In this document: positions 38,381 to 48,939 of the stretch, in pieces
Position numbering within the stretch: position 1 is the stretch's first letter
How the letters are laid out: each line of letters starts with the position of its first letter
Source: an uncultured delta proteobacterium
GTDB lineage: Bacteria; Desulfobacterota; Desulfomonilia; UBA1062
DNA length: 64,000 nucleotides
NCBI GenBank assembly: GCA_963785235.1
Contig: CAWAUM010000007.1
Coordinates: 224,001 to 288,000, forward strand
Reading direction: 5' to 3'
The notes under the pieces: model-generated
Told to the model about the DNA's origin: nothing
The model's database searches: none
What the model saw: only the letters and a program-made list of their open reading frames with translations
Made by a program: the position numbers and the translations under genes

Positions 38381-39340
38381 ATGGAAAGCCCCTGGAAAAA
38401 CAGCATTACTGAACTCCTCGGGTGCGATTACCCGATACTCGCAGGACCCATGAGGCTCATTACCCTGGGCAGGATGGCTGCATGCATATCCAATGCAGGC
38501 GGTTTCGGGGTTATTGCCGCATCGGGCCTTACAAGACATGACCTTGTGCGCGAGCTCAAGACCGCACGAAAGCTAACGGACAAGCCCATAGGTGTGAACA
38601 TTCCGGTGTACAGGCCTAATGCGGAAGATGCCCTGGAGGTAGCAATAGATATGGGCGTGAAGACCGTGTACACCTCGGCAGGGAACCCGGCCAAGCTCAT
38701 GGACAAAATCAAGAATGCCCATCTGAAGGTGATCCACAAGGTATCTTCGGTGGATATGGCCCGCAAAGCCGAGGCAGAAGGTGTTGATGCCGTTGTGGCT
38801 ATGGGGTTCGAGGCAGGCGGGCATATCGGCAGGGAGGGCATCACAACCTTCTGTCTCATACCTGTCCTTGTCCGAGCATTGAAAATACCTGTGATAGCAT
38901 CCGGCGGCATCGGCGATGCGGCAGGCCTGCTCGCGGCTCTGGCCCTGGGTGCCCAGGGTGTGGAGATAGGCACCAGGCTTGTTGCGACAAGTGAATGCCC
39001 TGTGCCGGAATTTTTTAAAGATGCCCTGTGCCAGGCCCCTTCGAACGCCACCGTGGTGCTCGGCAAGGAGGCCATGCCCCTTCGTGTACTGAAAAACATC
39101 ATCACGTCACATGTCGCAGGACTGAGCGATACTGAGGCGGACAGGGCCATCGCTGCAAAGGGAGATGTCCATTACGTTGCTGACCACGGCAATAAGGACA
39201 CTGCAGTGATGCCGTGCGGTCAGGTGGTCGGCCTGGTTAACGAGGTGCTATCTGTGCAGGACCTGCTTTTCAATATGGTGAGCGGTGCACGGTCCATCAT
39301 GGAGTCCCTTGACATGATGACATCCGGAGAAAGGCAATGA
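38381..39340 (+). CDS. Nitronate monooxygenase / FabK-like flavin oxidoreductase
   Basis: SNAGGFG, GFEAGGHIG, IASGGIGD, GVEIGTRLVATSE. Confidence 0.85.
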   Translation: MESPWKNSITELLGCDYPILAGPMRLITLGRMAACISNAGGFGVIAASGLTRHDLVRELKTARKLTDKPIGVNIPVYRPNAEDALEVAIDMGVKTVYTSAGNPAKLMDKIKNAHLKVIHKVSSVDMARKAEAEGVDAVVAMGFEAGGHIGREGITTFCLIPVLVRALKIPVIASGGIGDAAGLLAALALGAQGVEIGTRLVATSECPVPEFFKDALCQAPSNATVVLGKEAMPLRVLKNIITSHVAGLSDTEADRAIAAKGDVHYVADHGNKDTAVMPCGQVVGLVNEVLSVQDLLFNMVSGARSIMESLDMMTSGERQ

Positions 39341-40128
39341 GCTGGGAAAATGTACTTCTCCATGTGAAAGGACACGTGGCCGTTATCACCCTGAACCGGC
39401 CCGAGCGCATGAATGCCTTTGGCGGAAGGATGCGACAGGAGATCGTCGAAGTTCTAGATCAAGTTGCCGGGGACAGCGAAATACGAGCCGTGGTGATTAC
39501 CGGGGCAGGCAGGGCATTCTGCACAGGCGGGGATGTGGATGAATTCGCATCGGGCGATGTGCAGGCCATTTCAAAGGTGGTGAGCAGCGAGCGTCATGCC
39601 ATGTGCAAGGCAGTGCTTGCCATCAACAGCATGGAAAAACCCGTCATAGCGTCGGTGAACGGCATTGCTGCGGGCGGCGGCTGCAACTTGGCACTGGCCT
39701 GCGATATGAGGATCGCCAGCGATAAGGCCCGGTTCAGCCAGATCTTCACCAAAAGGGGGGTACATCCGGACTGGGGAGGGATCTACTTCCTGCCTCGCCT
39801 GGTGGGTTATGCCAAGGCATGCGAGCTCATTTTCACTGCAGAGATCATCGATGCAGCCGAGGCATTGCGCATCGGGCTCGTCAACAAGGTAGTGCCGCAC
39901 GATGATCTTGCAAATGCAGCGGAGGAACTTGCAGGACGTATGGCAAAAAACGCCCCCATACCGAATGCCTTTGCCAAGCGGGGACTTCAGAACTTCCAGC
40001 GCTGGGATCTCCCCCAGGCCCTGGATTACGAGGCCTACGTGCTGGAGGTAACCATGAAGAGCGAGGATATTATTGAGGGATTCACCGCATTCCTTGAAAA
40101 ACGTGAGCCGTGCTTCAAAGGAAGGTGA
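39337..40128 (+). CDS. Enoyl-CoA hydratase/isomerase (PaaG-like, Asp-type)
   Basis: LNRPERMNAF, FCTGGDV, GGGCNLALACD, GVHPDWGG. Confidence 0.85.
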   Translation: MSWENVLLHVKGHVAVITLNRPERMNAFGGRMRQEIVEVLDQVAGDSEIRAVVITGAGRAFCTGGDVDEFASGDVQAISKVVSSERHAMCKAVLAINSMEKPVIASVNGIAAGGGCNLALACDMRIASDKARFSQIFTKRGVHPDWGGIYFLPRLVGYAKACELIFTAEIIDAAEALRIGLVNKVVPHDDLANAAEELAGRMAKNAPIPNAFAKRGLQNFQRWDLPQALDYEAYVLEVTMKSEDIIEGFTAFLEKREPCFKGR

Positions 40129-40302
40129 TTGCTCACGATGAAGACGAAGGCGGTGTAGACATATAAAGCCCTTTCTGGGACTGGTAGCCGGTTGGCTCGC
40201 AAGTCAAGTTCCTTTCAGCCAGACCCATGGAGATATGAAAAGGCAGACTTAGGTGAGGTGCTAATCTCCACATGCAGTCAGGACCGGAAAAGGAGAATTT
40301 AC

Positions 40303-41346
40303 ATGAGAAAAAAGATATCATTTCTTGGTGCAGGAAACGTTGGTGCTACCGCTGCCATGCGTCTGGCAGAACTTGACCTGGCCGATATAGTTCTCATCGA
40401 TGTTCAGGAAGGCATGCCGAAAGGCAAGGCCTTGGACATGGCAGAGGCTTCGCCGCTGGAAAAACATAACAGTAGGATCACGGGATATACGAATGACCTC
40501 CGTAAGACGCAGGGTTCGGATATCATCGTTATCTCGGCAGGTGTTCCCAGAAAGCCGGGCATGAGCAGGGACGATCTGCTCACCACCAACCGTGACATTG
40601 TCAGATCGCTGGTGGAGGAGGTTGCCCCCATGTCGAGGGATGCCATTCTGGTCATGATCACCAACCCGCTTGACGCCATGTGCCATGTGGCCCTTGAGGC
40701 GAGTGGGTTTCCCAGAAACAGGGTTGTGGGCATGGCAGGGGTATTGGATTCGTCCAGGTTCGCAACCTTCATTGCCCTGGAGTTGAACGTATCGGTGGAA
40801 AACGTATGCGCCTTCGTGCTTGGCGGCCACGGAGATACCATGGTTCCGCTGCCACGCTATACCTGCGTGGCAGGCATCCCGGTTACCGAGCTTCTGAGTA
40901 GGGATAAGCTTGATGCGATCATGGAGCGGACCCGGAACAGCGGCTCCGAGATCGTGAGTCTCCTCAAGGTGGGGAGCGCCTACTACGCCCCTGCCTGCGC
41001 CATCAAGGAGATGGTGGAGGCTATCTTGAAGGACAAGAAGAAGATCATGCCCTGTTCAGCCTATCTTGAGGGTGAATACGGTATCGTTGGCCTGTTTGTG
41101 GGCGTTCCGGTGAAGCTCGGGGCTGATGGGATCGAGGAGATCATCGAGGTGAAGCTCACAAGCGAGGAGCAGGATGCCCTCTCCAGATCGGCCGATTCCG
41201 TGAGGAAGCTGGTGGATGTTCTTAAAGGATTTGAAGAGAAGGCTGCTAAGAAGCAGATGACACTCAAGCTCAAGTCAAGGCTACAGCCCAAGGTGAAGCC
41301 CGGCCTTCGTGAAGAGCTCGAACAGGGTGCGGCATTGCCCAAGTGA
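40303..41346 (+). CDS. mdh: Malate dehydrogenase (LDH-like)
   Basis: [38 protein letters not shown]; RBS AGGAG. Confidence 0.93.
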   Translation: MRKKISFLGAGNVGATAAMRLAELDLADIVLIDVQEGMPKGKALDMAEASPLEKHNSRITGYTNDLRKTQGSDIIVISAGVPRKPGMSRDDLLTTNRDIVRSLVEEVAPMSRDAILVMITNPLDAMCHVALEASGFPRNRVVGMAGVLDSSRFATFIALELNVSVENVCAFVLGGHGDTMVPLPRYTCVAGIPVTELLSRDKLDAIMERTRNSGSEIVSLLKVGSAYYAPACAIKEMVEAILKDKKKIMPCSAYLEGEYGIVGLFVGVPVKLGADGIEEIIEVKLTSEEQDALSRSADSVRKLVDVLKGFEEKAAKKQMTLKLKSRLQPKVKPGLREELEQGAALPK

Positions 41347-41398
41347 GGTTACATCACGGGGAAGATATCAGGAGTGATTATGAAAGGGGGTATGTCCC

Positions 41399-43412
41399 AT
41401 GAAGAGCATTTGTCACGGCGCCTTGGCGGCCGGTCTCCTCGGCGGCCCGTCCGTAAAGGTGATTAACCCGGTCAAGGTCCAGGACATTACGCTCAGGGAC
41501 GGCCATCAGTCAATCTTCGCTACCCGTGGCAGGACTTTGGACTTCATCCCCATTGCCGAGCTCATGGACCAGGCAGGCTTCCATTCCATGGAGGTCTGGG
41601 GGGGGGCGACCTTCGACACCATGCACCGCTTCTTGGGAGAAGATCCATGGGAGCGCATCAGGACACTCAAGAAGTACATCGCCAAGACACCGCTTTCCAT
41701 GCTCCTGCGGGGTCAGAACCTCGTGGGGTACCGGAACTACCCGGATGATGTGGCAAGGGCCTTTGTCGAAAGGGCCTGCGTCAACGGAATAGACATCTTC
41801 CGGGTGTTCGATGCCCTGAATGATTTTCGCAACTTCGAAACCGTTGTTCAGGTGATCAAAGACCATGGCAGACACTTCCAGGGCGCCATCTGCTACTCGT
41901 TGACCGAATCCCGCATGGGCGGAGCAGTCTATAATCTGGAGTATTACGTGAACAAGGCAAAAGAGCTTCAGGCAATGGGGGCAGACACCATCTGCATAAA
42001 GGACATGGCCGGCATCATGGCGCCCTACGATGCCTATGCCCTCATCAAGTCTCTCAAAGACAGCTTAAGTGTTCCCATTCACCTCCACAGCCACTTTACC
42101 TCGGGCATGGCGGACATGACGCTCTTGAAGGCCATAGAGGCAGGCGTCGATATCGTGGACACCTGTCTTTCCCCCTGGGCCTACCGCACCTCGCACCCGG
42201 CCAGCGAGCCTCTTGTGGCCACCCTGAAATATACGAGCCGGGACACGGGCCTTGACCTGAAACTCCTTGCCCGGTGCAGCGACTATCTGGAGAAGATATC
42301 GCCCAAGTACAAACATCTCCTGGACGACCGCACATCCATCATCGATATCAACGTTCTGCTGCACCAGACCCCGGGAGGAATGATCTCGAACCTCGTGAAC
42401 CAGCTCAAGGAGATGGAGGCTGTCGACCGTCTGGACGAGGTCTTCAGCCAGCTCCCCATTGTCCGCAGGGAACTGGGGCAGGTGCCGCTGGTGACCCCTA
42501 CAAGCCAGATCGTGGGGATACAGACCGTGAACAACGTCCTGTTCGATAGCGGGAGCGAGCGCTACACCATGATGACGGAGCAGGTAAAGGACCTCTGTTA
42601 CGGACTCTACGGCAGGACCGCTTCCCCCATCGACCCCGAAGTGCAGAAAAAGGCCCTTAAGAATTACCCAAGGGGTGAAAAACCCATAACCACAAGGCCG
42701 GCCGATGTACTGGATCCGGAGCTCGACAAGGCAAAGACCGAAACAGATGGGCTCGCCAGGGACATGGATGACATACTCGTCTATGCGCTGTACCCCACAA
42801 CCGGGAAACGATTCCTGCGCTGGAAGTACGGCCTCGAGGAGGTGCCTGTGGAGGTGAAGGCCCGGGACGCTGGACGAGGTGAAGACCCAAGAAGGGTTGT
42901 TGAAAAAGACCGGAGAAGGCCTGCTTGTGGAGAAGCCCGGGAAGCCGGTTCATGAGAAGGGTCCGGATGCCCGCACCTTCAGGATTCACCTCAATGGTGA
43001 TTGCTTTGATGTGGATGTGGAGCAGGTAGGGGGCGAACCTCTGTTCACCCGGGCCTCTGCCGTCCCTGGACAGAAGACGACCCTCCAACTCGGCCGTCAG
43101 CCCGGGAAGACGGTATTGATGACGAGGTCTTTTAAGAAGAATACAGGCATTTTCCCGGAAAAGGCCGATCCGGCGGCCCTGCAGCAAGAAATCCTTCAGG
43201 AGACCCCGGTCCTCACACCCATGCCCGGCATGGTGGTGAGTTATAAGGTGTGCGAGGGCGACCAGGTGGTCCAGGGCGAGGTGGTGGTCATCCTGGAGGC
43301 AATGAAGATGGAGAACTTCATAACGAGCCCTGTGGCCGGAACCGTGCGCAAGATCACCTTCACGGAAGGGGCGTCTGCAAAAAAGGGCGATGTGCTTGCA
43401 TTGATCGCATGA
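41399..43412 (+). CDS. Pyruvate/oxaloacetate carboxyltransferase fused to biotin carrier (transcarboxylase 5S+1.3S or pyruvate carboxylase B-like); frameshift near 42865
   Basis: TLRDGHQS, WGGATFD, MLLRGQNLVGY, IKDMAG, LVTPTSQIVG; biotin motif EAMKMEN in the downstream piece. Confidence 0.88.
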
Positions 43413-43446
43413 TGAACCGGTAAGGCCGAATAAGGGGGTAGCCCGG

Positions 43447-45014
43447 ATGGATGAGAAGTATGAGCAGCGGATAGCAGGCCTGAGGCAGGTCAAAAAAACC
43501 GCACAGTTGGGCGGGGGCGATACGAAAATTGCTAAACAGCATGAGGACGGAAAGCTTACGGCACGTGAGCGTATCGAGTGCCTGCTCGACGATGGCAGCT
43601 TTGTGGAGCACAATCTCATCACAGGTCACCTGGAGGGGATACCTGCAGACGGGCTCATCGCAGGACACGGCAAGATTCATGGCAGGGCCGTGTGCGTCTA
43701 CTCCCAGGACCCCACGGTAAAAGGGGGCTCCATAGGCGGGATGCACGGCTTCAAGATGTACCGCACCATCGAATGGGCTCTGGAGATGGGAGTGCCCTTT
43801 ATCGGCATCCACGAGTCGCCGGGCGCCCGGATACCGGATGCGACTGCCAGGAGTGTCTTCGGCGAGGCCATGGAAAAACACGGTGGGGCGATCTTTTACC
43901 CCAACACCCAGGCCTCGGGCATCATACCCCAGGTCTCGGCCATCATGGGAAGTTGTGCGGGCATCTCGGTGTATTCGCCTGCGCTTACCGATTTCATCTT
44001 CATGGTGGACAAGAAGAGCCACATGTTCATCACCGGGCCTTCCGTCGTGGAGGTCGTTACCGGTGAGAAGCTCTCCAAGGAGAACCTGGGCGGAGCGGAA
44101 GTGCACTGCAAGGTGTCGGGCGTTGCCGACAAAAGGTTCAAAGGCGAGCACGAACTCCTGGAGAACATCCGGGAACTCATGACCTACCTGCCGCAGAACG
44201 CCGACGAACAGCCGCCCATAATCGACCTTGGCGATGACCCGGAACGATCGACCGATGCGCTGGCCGACATGGTGCCGTCGGATGCAACAAAGGCCTATGA
44301 TGTGCGCAGCTGCCATTTCGTGCATCGTGGATGCAGGGGCATTCTTCGAGATCAAGCCCGAGTTCGCACCCGAGATGGTGGTGGGACTCGCGCGTCTTGA
44401 TGGCAGGGTGGTGGGGATCGTGGCAAATCAGCCAAGTTTTCTTGCCGGAAGCCTTACCGTGGACAGCTCGGACAAGCAGACGCGATTCATGCGCTTCTGC
44501 GACTGTTTCAATATCCCTATCATACTCCTGGTCGATACATCTGCGTATATGCCGGGAAAAGACCAGGAACATCTGGGCATCATACGCCACGGAGCCAAGG
44601 TGCTCTATGCCCTGTGCGAGTCAAGCGTGCCGAGGATAGGCCTGGTCATGCGCAAGGCCTACGGGGGAGGCAATCTTGGCATGGGCGTGATCCCGGCCCA
44701 GGCCGGCACGGACATGCTTTTTTACTGGCCCATAACAGAGCTTGGCATCATGGGTGCGAAGGCATCGGTGGAGCTCTTTTTCGGCAGAGTTCATCCGGAG
44801 TTCCCCGACCCCTGAAAAGGTTCGTGAAGATCTCATCAGGGAATATGAGGAGCGCTATGCCAACCCCCTGCGCGAGGCATCCTACAACCCCTTTATCAAC
44901 GATGTCATCGAACCCAAGGACACCAGGAAGGTGCTTATCAGATCCCTGGAATTCCTCTCCACCAAGAAAAGGCCGCTACGGCATGCCAAACGCCACGGGA
45001 ATATGCCCATGTGA
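43447..45014 (+). CDS. Acyl-CoA carboxyltransferase (transcarboxylase 12S / PccB / MmdA-like); frameshifts near 44310 and 44790
   Basis: GKLTARERI, GGSIG, YSPALTDF, MFITGP, VGIVANQP, RKAYGG, KRHGNMPM. Confidence 0.88.
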
Positions 45015-45064
45015 GGGAGCCGAAGGGGGCACGTGCAGGGGTCTGTCATGAAGGTCTGAGAGAT

Positions 45065-45991
45065 ATGAAGGGTCTCGTTCTTGCTGAGCAATTCTTTCAC
45101 GCCCATGGCCTGCCCATGATCCTTCGGGATTTTCCCCTCCATGCAGGGCGAATGGCATGCGGGCTCGTGGGCGACGGCTCCGAATGCTTTGGGTTTGATG
45201 ACGAGATCTCCCGCGACCATGACTGGGGACCCGGTTTCTGCATCTGGCTGACTCGAGAGGATTACGATGACATCGGAGAAGACCTGAAGCAGAGGTATGA
45301 ACAGCTCCCTAAAACCTTTTCAGGCTTCGGCCCCAGGAAACTGAGCCAGTGGGGTAATGACAGGGTTGGTGTATTCGAGATCCACGCGTTTTATTGTCGG
45401 TTCACAGGCTACAGTAACATTCCTCAAAATGATAAAGAATGGATCATGGTTCCGGAGTCGGCACTTGCGGCAGCAACCAACGGCAAGGTTTTTAATGATC
45501 CTCTCGGGGAGTTTACTTTGATCCGCAACCGGCTTCTGCACTTCTACCCGGACGATGTCAGGCTCAAGAAGATGGCTGCGCGATGCATGACCATCGCCCA
45601 GTCGGGCCAGTATAACCTTGGACGCTGCCTTAAGAGGGGGGATCAATTCGCTGCCCGGTATGCAGAGACTAAATTCTGTGCCGATGTCATCTCTCTGATT
45701 TTTCTCCTCAACAGGCAATACACGCCCTTTTACAAGTGGATGAACCCGGCGCTTTCTGCATTGCCACGGCTGGGCCGGGAGATCCATGAAAGCATATGCT
45801 TATTGATACAGGCCTTGGACTACCGGTTAAAGCTTAAAATAGTAGAGGAGGTATGTTCACTTATCATTGCTGAGTGTAAAGCTGAAGGCCTTACGAACTC
45901 TTCAAGCAGTTTCCTGCTGGATCACGGCCCGATCATTCAGGGCAAAATAAAGAATAAGGGGCTTCGGGAGCGAAATGTCTGGATCGGATGA
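45065..45991 (+). CDS. DUF4037 family protein (nucleotidyltransferase-like N-terminus)
   Basis: GLVGDGSECFGFDDEISRDHDWGPGF, AQSGQYNL.RC, PFYKW. Confidence 0.75.
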   Translation: MKGLVLAEQFFHAHGLPMILRDFPLHAGRMACGLVGDGSECFGFDDEISRDHDWGPGFCIWLTREDYDDIGEDLKQRYEQLPKTFSGFGPRKLSQWGNDRVGVFEIHAFYCRFTGYSNIPQNDKEWIMVPESALAAATNGKVFNDPLGEFTLIRNRLLHFYPDDVRLKKMAARCMTIAQSGQYNLGRCLKRGDQFAARYAETKFCADVISLIFLLNRQYTPFYKWMNPALSALPRLGREIHESICLLIQALDYRLKLKIVEEVCSLIIAECKAEGLTNSSSSFLLDHGPIIQGKIKNKGLRERNVWIG

Positions 45992-46006
45992 GGAGAGAAG
46001 CAGCCA

Positions 46007-46927
46007 GTGAAAAACGTGCTTGTCATCGGTGGAAGCTATTTTGTGGGGAGGGTTTTCGTAGAGGAACTCTCAAAGGTTCCGGGATACGTGATGTATGTCA
46101 TGAACAGGGGGAATGTCCCGCTTGGGATTGAAGGCATAACCGAGATCAGATGTGACCGGCATGACACTGAAGCCATGTGCGAGGCCATACCAGGGGTCAT
46201 GTGGAGCGCTGTAGTGGACTTCTGTGCCTATACGCCTGAAGACATCGCCATGATGATTTCCGTCCTTCCTTCCCATGCAATAGGTCATTATGTCTATATC
46301 AGCACGGCGTCCGTTTATGAGAGGACCCGGGAACTTCCTGTAAAAGAAAATGCTGCGAAAGTGAGCGGTCCGCAGCCAGGCCCCCATGGTGATTATGCCT
46401 ACAATAAGTACCTCGCCGAAGAGGAGCTTAAACACCAATGCCGGGAAGACAACATCCCCTGGACCATCTTCAGGCCGGCATTCATATACGGGAAATACAA
46501 CTACGCACCGCGGGAGGGCTATTTTTTCGATCTCCTGGAAGGAGACAAGACCATTATCCTGCCGGACAATGAGCTTGCACTCTTCACGTTTGTTGCCGTG
46601 TGGGATGTGGCCCGTGCAATCATCGGATGCATCGGGAACCAGGAGGCCTATGCAAAGGCATATAATCTCTGCTCAGAAGACCTTGTATCCTACCAAAGGC
46701 TCATGGAGGTGCTTAGAATCGTCACAGACAAACCCATTGGCACTGAGACCATGAGTATTGAGAGGATCGAAGCTCAAGGAATTCCCCTGCCGTTTCCCAT
46801 TGATGAACATCTGGTCTATTCCGGAACACGTATCACGAAGGATATGGGGTTCTCTTATATGCCGTTCCTTGAGGGAATGATGGCAACCTATGCATGGTAC
46901 TCACAGATAAGAGGTGAAAAGATATGA
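46007..46927 (+). CDS. NAD-dependent epimerase/dehydratase (atypical SDR)
   Basis: VIGGSYFVG, YISTASVY, YAYNK, RPAFIYG. Confidence 0.82.
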   Translation: MKNVLVIGGSYFVGRVFVEELSKVPGYVMYVMNRGNVPLGIEGITEIRCDRHDTEAMCEAIPGVMWSAVVDFCAYTPEDIAMMISVLPSHAIGHYVYISTASVYERTRELPVKENAAKVSGPQPGPHGDYAYNKYLAEEELKHQCREDNIPWTIFRPAFIYGKYNYAPREGYFFDLLEGDKTIILPDNELALFTFVAVWDVARAIIGCIGNQEAYAKAYNLCSEDLVSYQRLMEVLRIVTDKPIGTETMSIERIEAQGIPLPFPIDEHLVYSGTRITKDMGFSYMPFLEGMMATYAWYSQIRGEKI

Positions 46928-47526
46928 CGATGGGAACGAAGGAAAAGAAAGATATCATAGAAGAGATCCTTTCAAAAGAGCTCAAGATGTTTCTGAGCGT
47001 ACCTTCCGCACAGAAAAGCACGTGTCAGGAGAACCCGGAAAGCTTCAAGCTCCACCGCAGGGCGCAGTTCTCATCCTGGTCGAAAGTTACGCTTGAGAGC
47101 TATCTGCATGACCTTGAAAGGGCGCAAGAGAATGGGACGAATCTTATGACGCAGAAATATGCACGCATGGATAATCTCATTTTGCAGTTAAGCAGCAACC
47201 CCCTTATCGATATGATCGTGGGCTACCAATGTGCCTGGCAGCGCTCGATGATGATAAAATATCCCGGGATAATGAGCGGAGGCCGTCCTCTGTCCAGTGC
47301 AGAGGATTCCACCTTCATGACCTCCTTCGAGACGTATTTGAGGGGGGAGCTTGAAACCTATACAGACGCTACCCTTGAACTCCTAAGCAAAGACATCCTC
47401 GATAAACATGCACATGCCATCAGCATGGCCGAGGAGATCTATACGTGTCTGGTAAAGGACATGGGGTATGATTCACTAGATGAAGCCGAACAGACATTGA
47501 GAGTCCGGAGGAGTGGACAAGGATAG
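46924..47526 (+). CDS. DUF4125 family protein
   Basis: CQENPESF, SYLHDL, NLMTQKYARM, TSFETYLRGELETY. Confidence 0.72.
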   Translation: MTMGTKEKKDIIEEILSKELKMFLSVPSAQKSTCQENPESFKLHRRAQFSSWSKVTLESYLHDLERAQENGTNLMTQKYARMDNLILQLSSNPLIDMIVGYQCAWQRSMMIKYPGIMSGGRPLSSAEDSTFMTSFETYLRGELETYTDATLELLSKDILDKHAHAISMAEEIYTCLVKDMGYDSLDEAEQTLRVRRSGQG

Positions 47527-47542
47527 AAGCGGGTGGCGGCAG

Positions 47543-47941
47543 TCAGGCCAGCCTGGCCGAGATGAAAAACCCGAAAGCCACACACCAGATGTTGATGAAG
47601 GCATTCAGGATAAGATCCAGGGAGGAACTCATATAGATCCCATTTTGGATATTGAAGCTGAAATCAAGTACGCCCAGGAACATGAGGCTCCCGGCGCATA
47701 CGAGGGACAAGATCCTGCCCAGTGGGTTGCCCTTCATAACCAGGGCGGCAGACGTGATTAGTGCCAGGCCCAGGATGATATCCGGAAGAGGGAAGGCGTG
47801 TTCAAAGGCAAAATAGCACTGGGGAGGATTTGTGGGTGCAAGTCCGATTGTAAAAAATCCTATCCAGAATAGGAGCAGCCCGAACCCAGTGCACAGTTCA
47901 AAGATGGCCAATAATCTCAGCTCCTTCCCGTTCATTTTCAT
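47543..47941 (-). CDS. Small integral membrane protein (about 4 TM)
   Basis: 132 aa, four hydrophobic stretches, FEHAFPLPD motif; RBS GGGGG. Confidence 0.65.
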   Translation of the reverse strand: MKMNGKELRLLAIFELCTGFGLLLFWIGFFTIGLAPTNPPQCYFAFEHAFPLPDIILGLALITSAALVMKGNPLGRILSLVCAGSLMFLGVLDFSFNIQNGIYMSSSLDLILNAFINIWCVAFGFFISARLA

Positions 47942-48097
47942 ATCCCCCCTGATGGCCTGTCGCCTTGTATGGACGGATGATGCAGCTTATTCTCCCGTTG
48001 TTTTCCTCAAGCAGAGGTTATAGCCTGAGCTGAAAATAAACCATGTAATGCTTATAGTATTATACTACATCCCAGGCTTCATCTTAATCAGATGGTC

Positions 48098-48902
48098 CTA
48101 TATGGGTTTATCCAGTGCCTTGCGGGCGAAGATAGCAGCTCCCAGTGCCCCGATGATCTGGGGGTCCACCGGCAGCGAGGTCACGTCCATGTTGATGATT
48201 TTTGCCAGTGCCCTGAGAAGACCCAGGTTTTTGGCACAGCCCCCCGTGACCGTAACCTGTGGACGCATGCCGATGCGCTTGAGAAGGGTGAAGCACCGCT
48301 TGGACACGGCCGTCTGGATGCCTGCTGCTATCTCTTCCGGCGGATTCTTTCTGGCCAGGAGGCTTATGACCTCGCTCTCGGCAAAGACACTGCACTGGGC
48401 CGTGACCGGTATGATCTTCCTGGCCTTGAGCGAAAGATCCGAGAACTGTCCCAGGTCCATGCGGAATATCCTGCTCATGGCCTCGAAGAAACGTCCGGTG
48501 CCGGCGGCGCACTTGTCGTTCATGGCGAACTCCAGGACAGAGCCGTCACCGTCGAGTGCAATGGCCTTCACATCCTGGCCGCCGATATCGATGATGGTTT
48601 TGATGAGGGGATTGCATGAGAAGGTGCCCATGGCGTGGCAGCTGATCTCCGAGATATTCTTGTTGGCAAAAGGCACCTCGTTTCTCCCGTAGCCGGTGCC
48701 CACCAGGTAGGCGATGTCCCGGTAGCTGCCCATATCCGGAACCTGGGCGCAGGCCTTTTCCAGGGCAAGTACCGAGGTCAGCTCCGGGATCGATCTCGCT
48801 GGGGACAATGGAACTGGCTATGATGGCGCCTGCTTCATTGATAATGACTGCCTTTCCTGTTGTCGATCCCACGTCGCATCCGCCGAAATACTTTGTTGCC
48901 AT
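48098..48902 (-). CDS. ATP-dependent activase (HgdC/BadFG/BcrAD ASKHA family); frameshift near 48790
   Basis: GCDVGSTTGK, GTGYGR, DIGGQD.K, NDKCAAGTGRF, CSVFAESE, TGGCAKN. Confidence 0.9.
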
Positions 48903-48939
48903 GTCTGTCTCCCTATCGTTATGATGTAGTTATTTATTT

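Noticed and set aside
40182-40197. Possible sigma54 promoter TGGTAGCCGGTTGGCT before mdh
   Set aside because: GG-N10-GC spacing is right but the match to TGGCAC/TTGC is poor and no enhancer palindrome was seen
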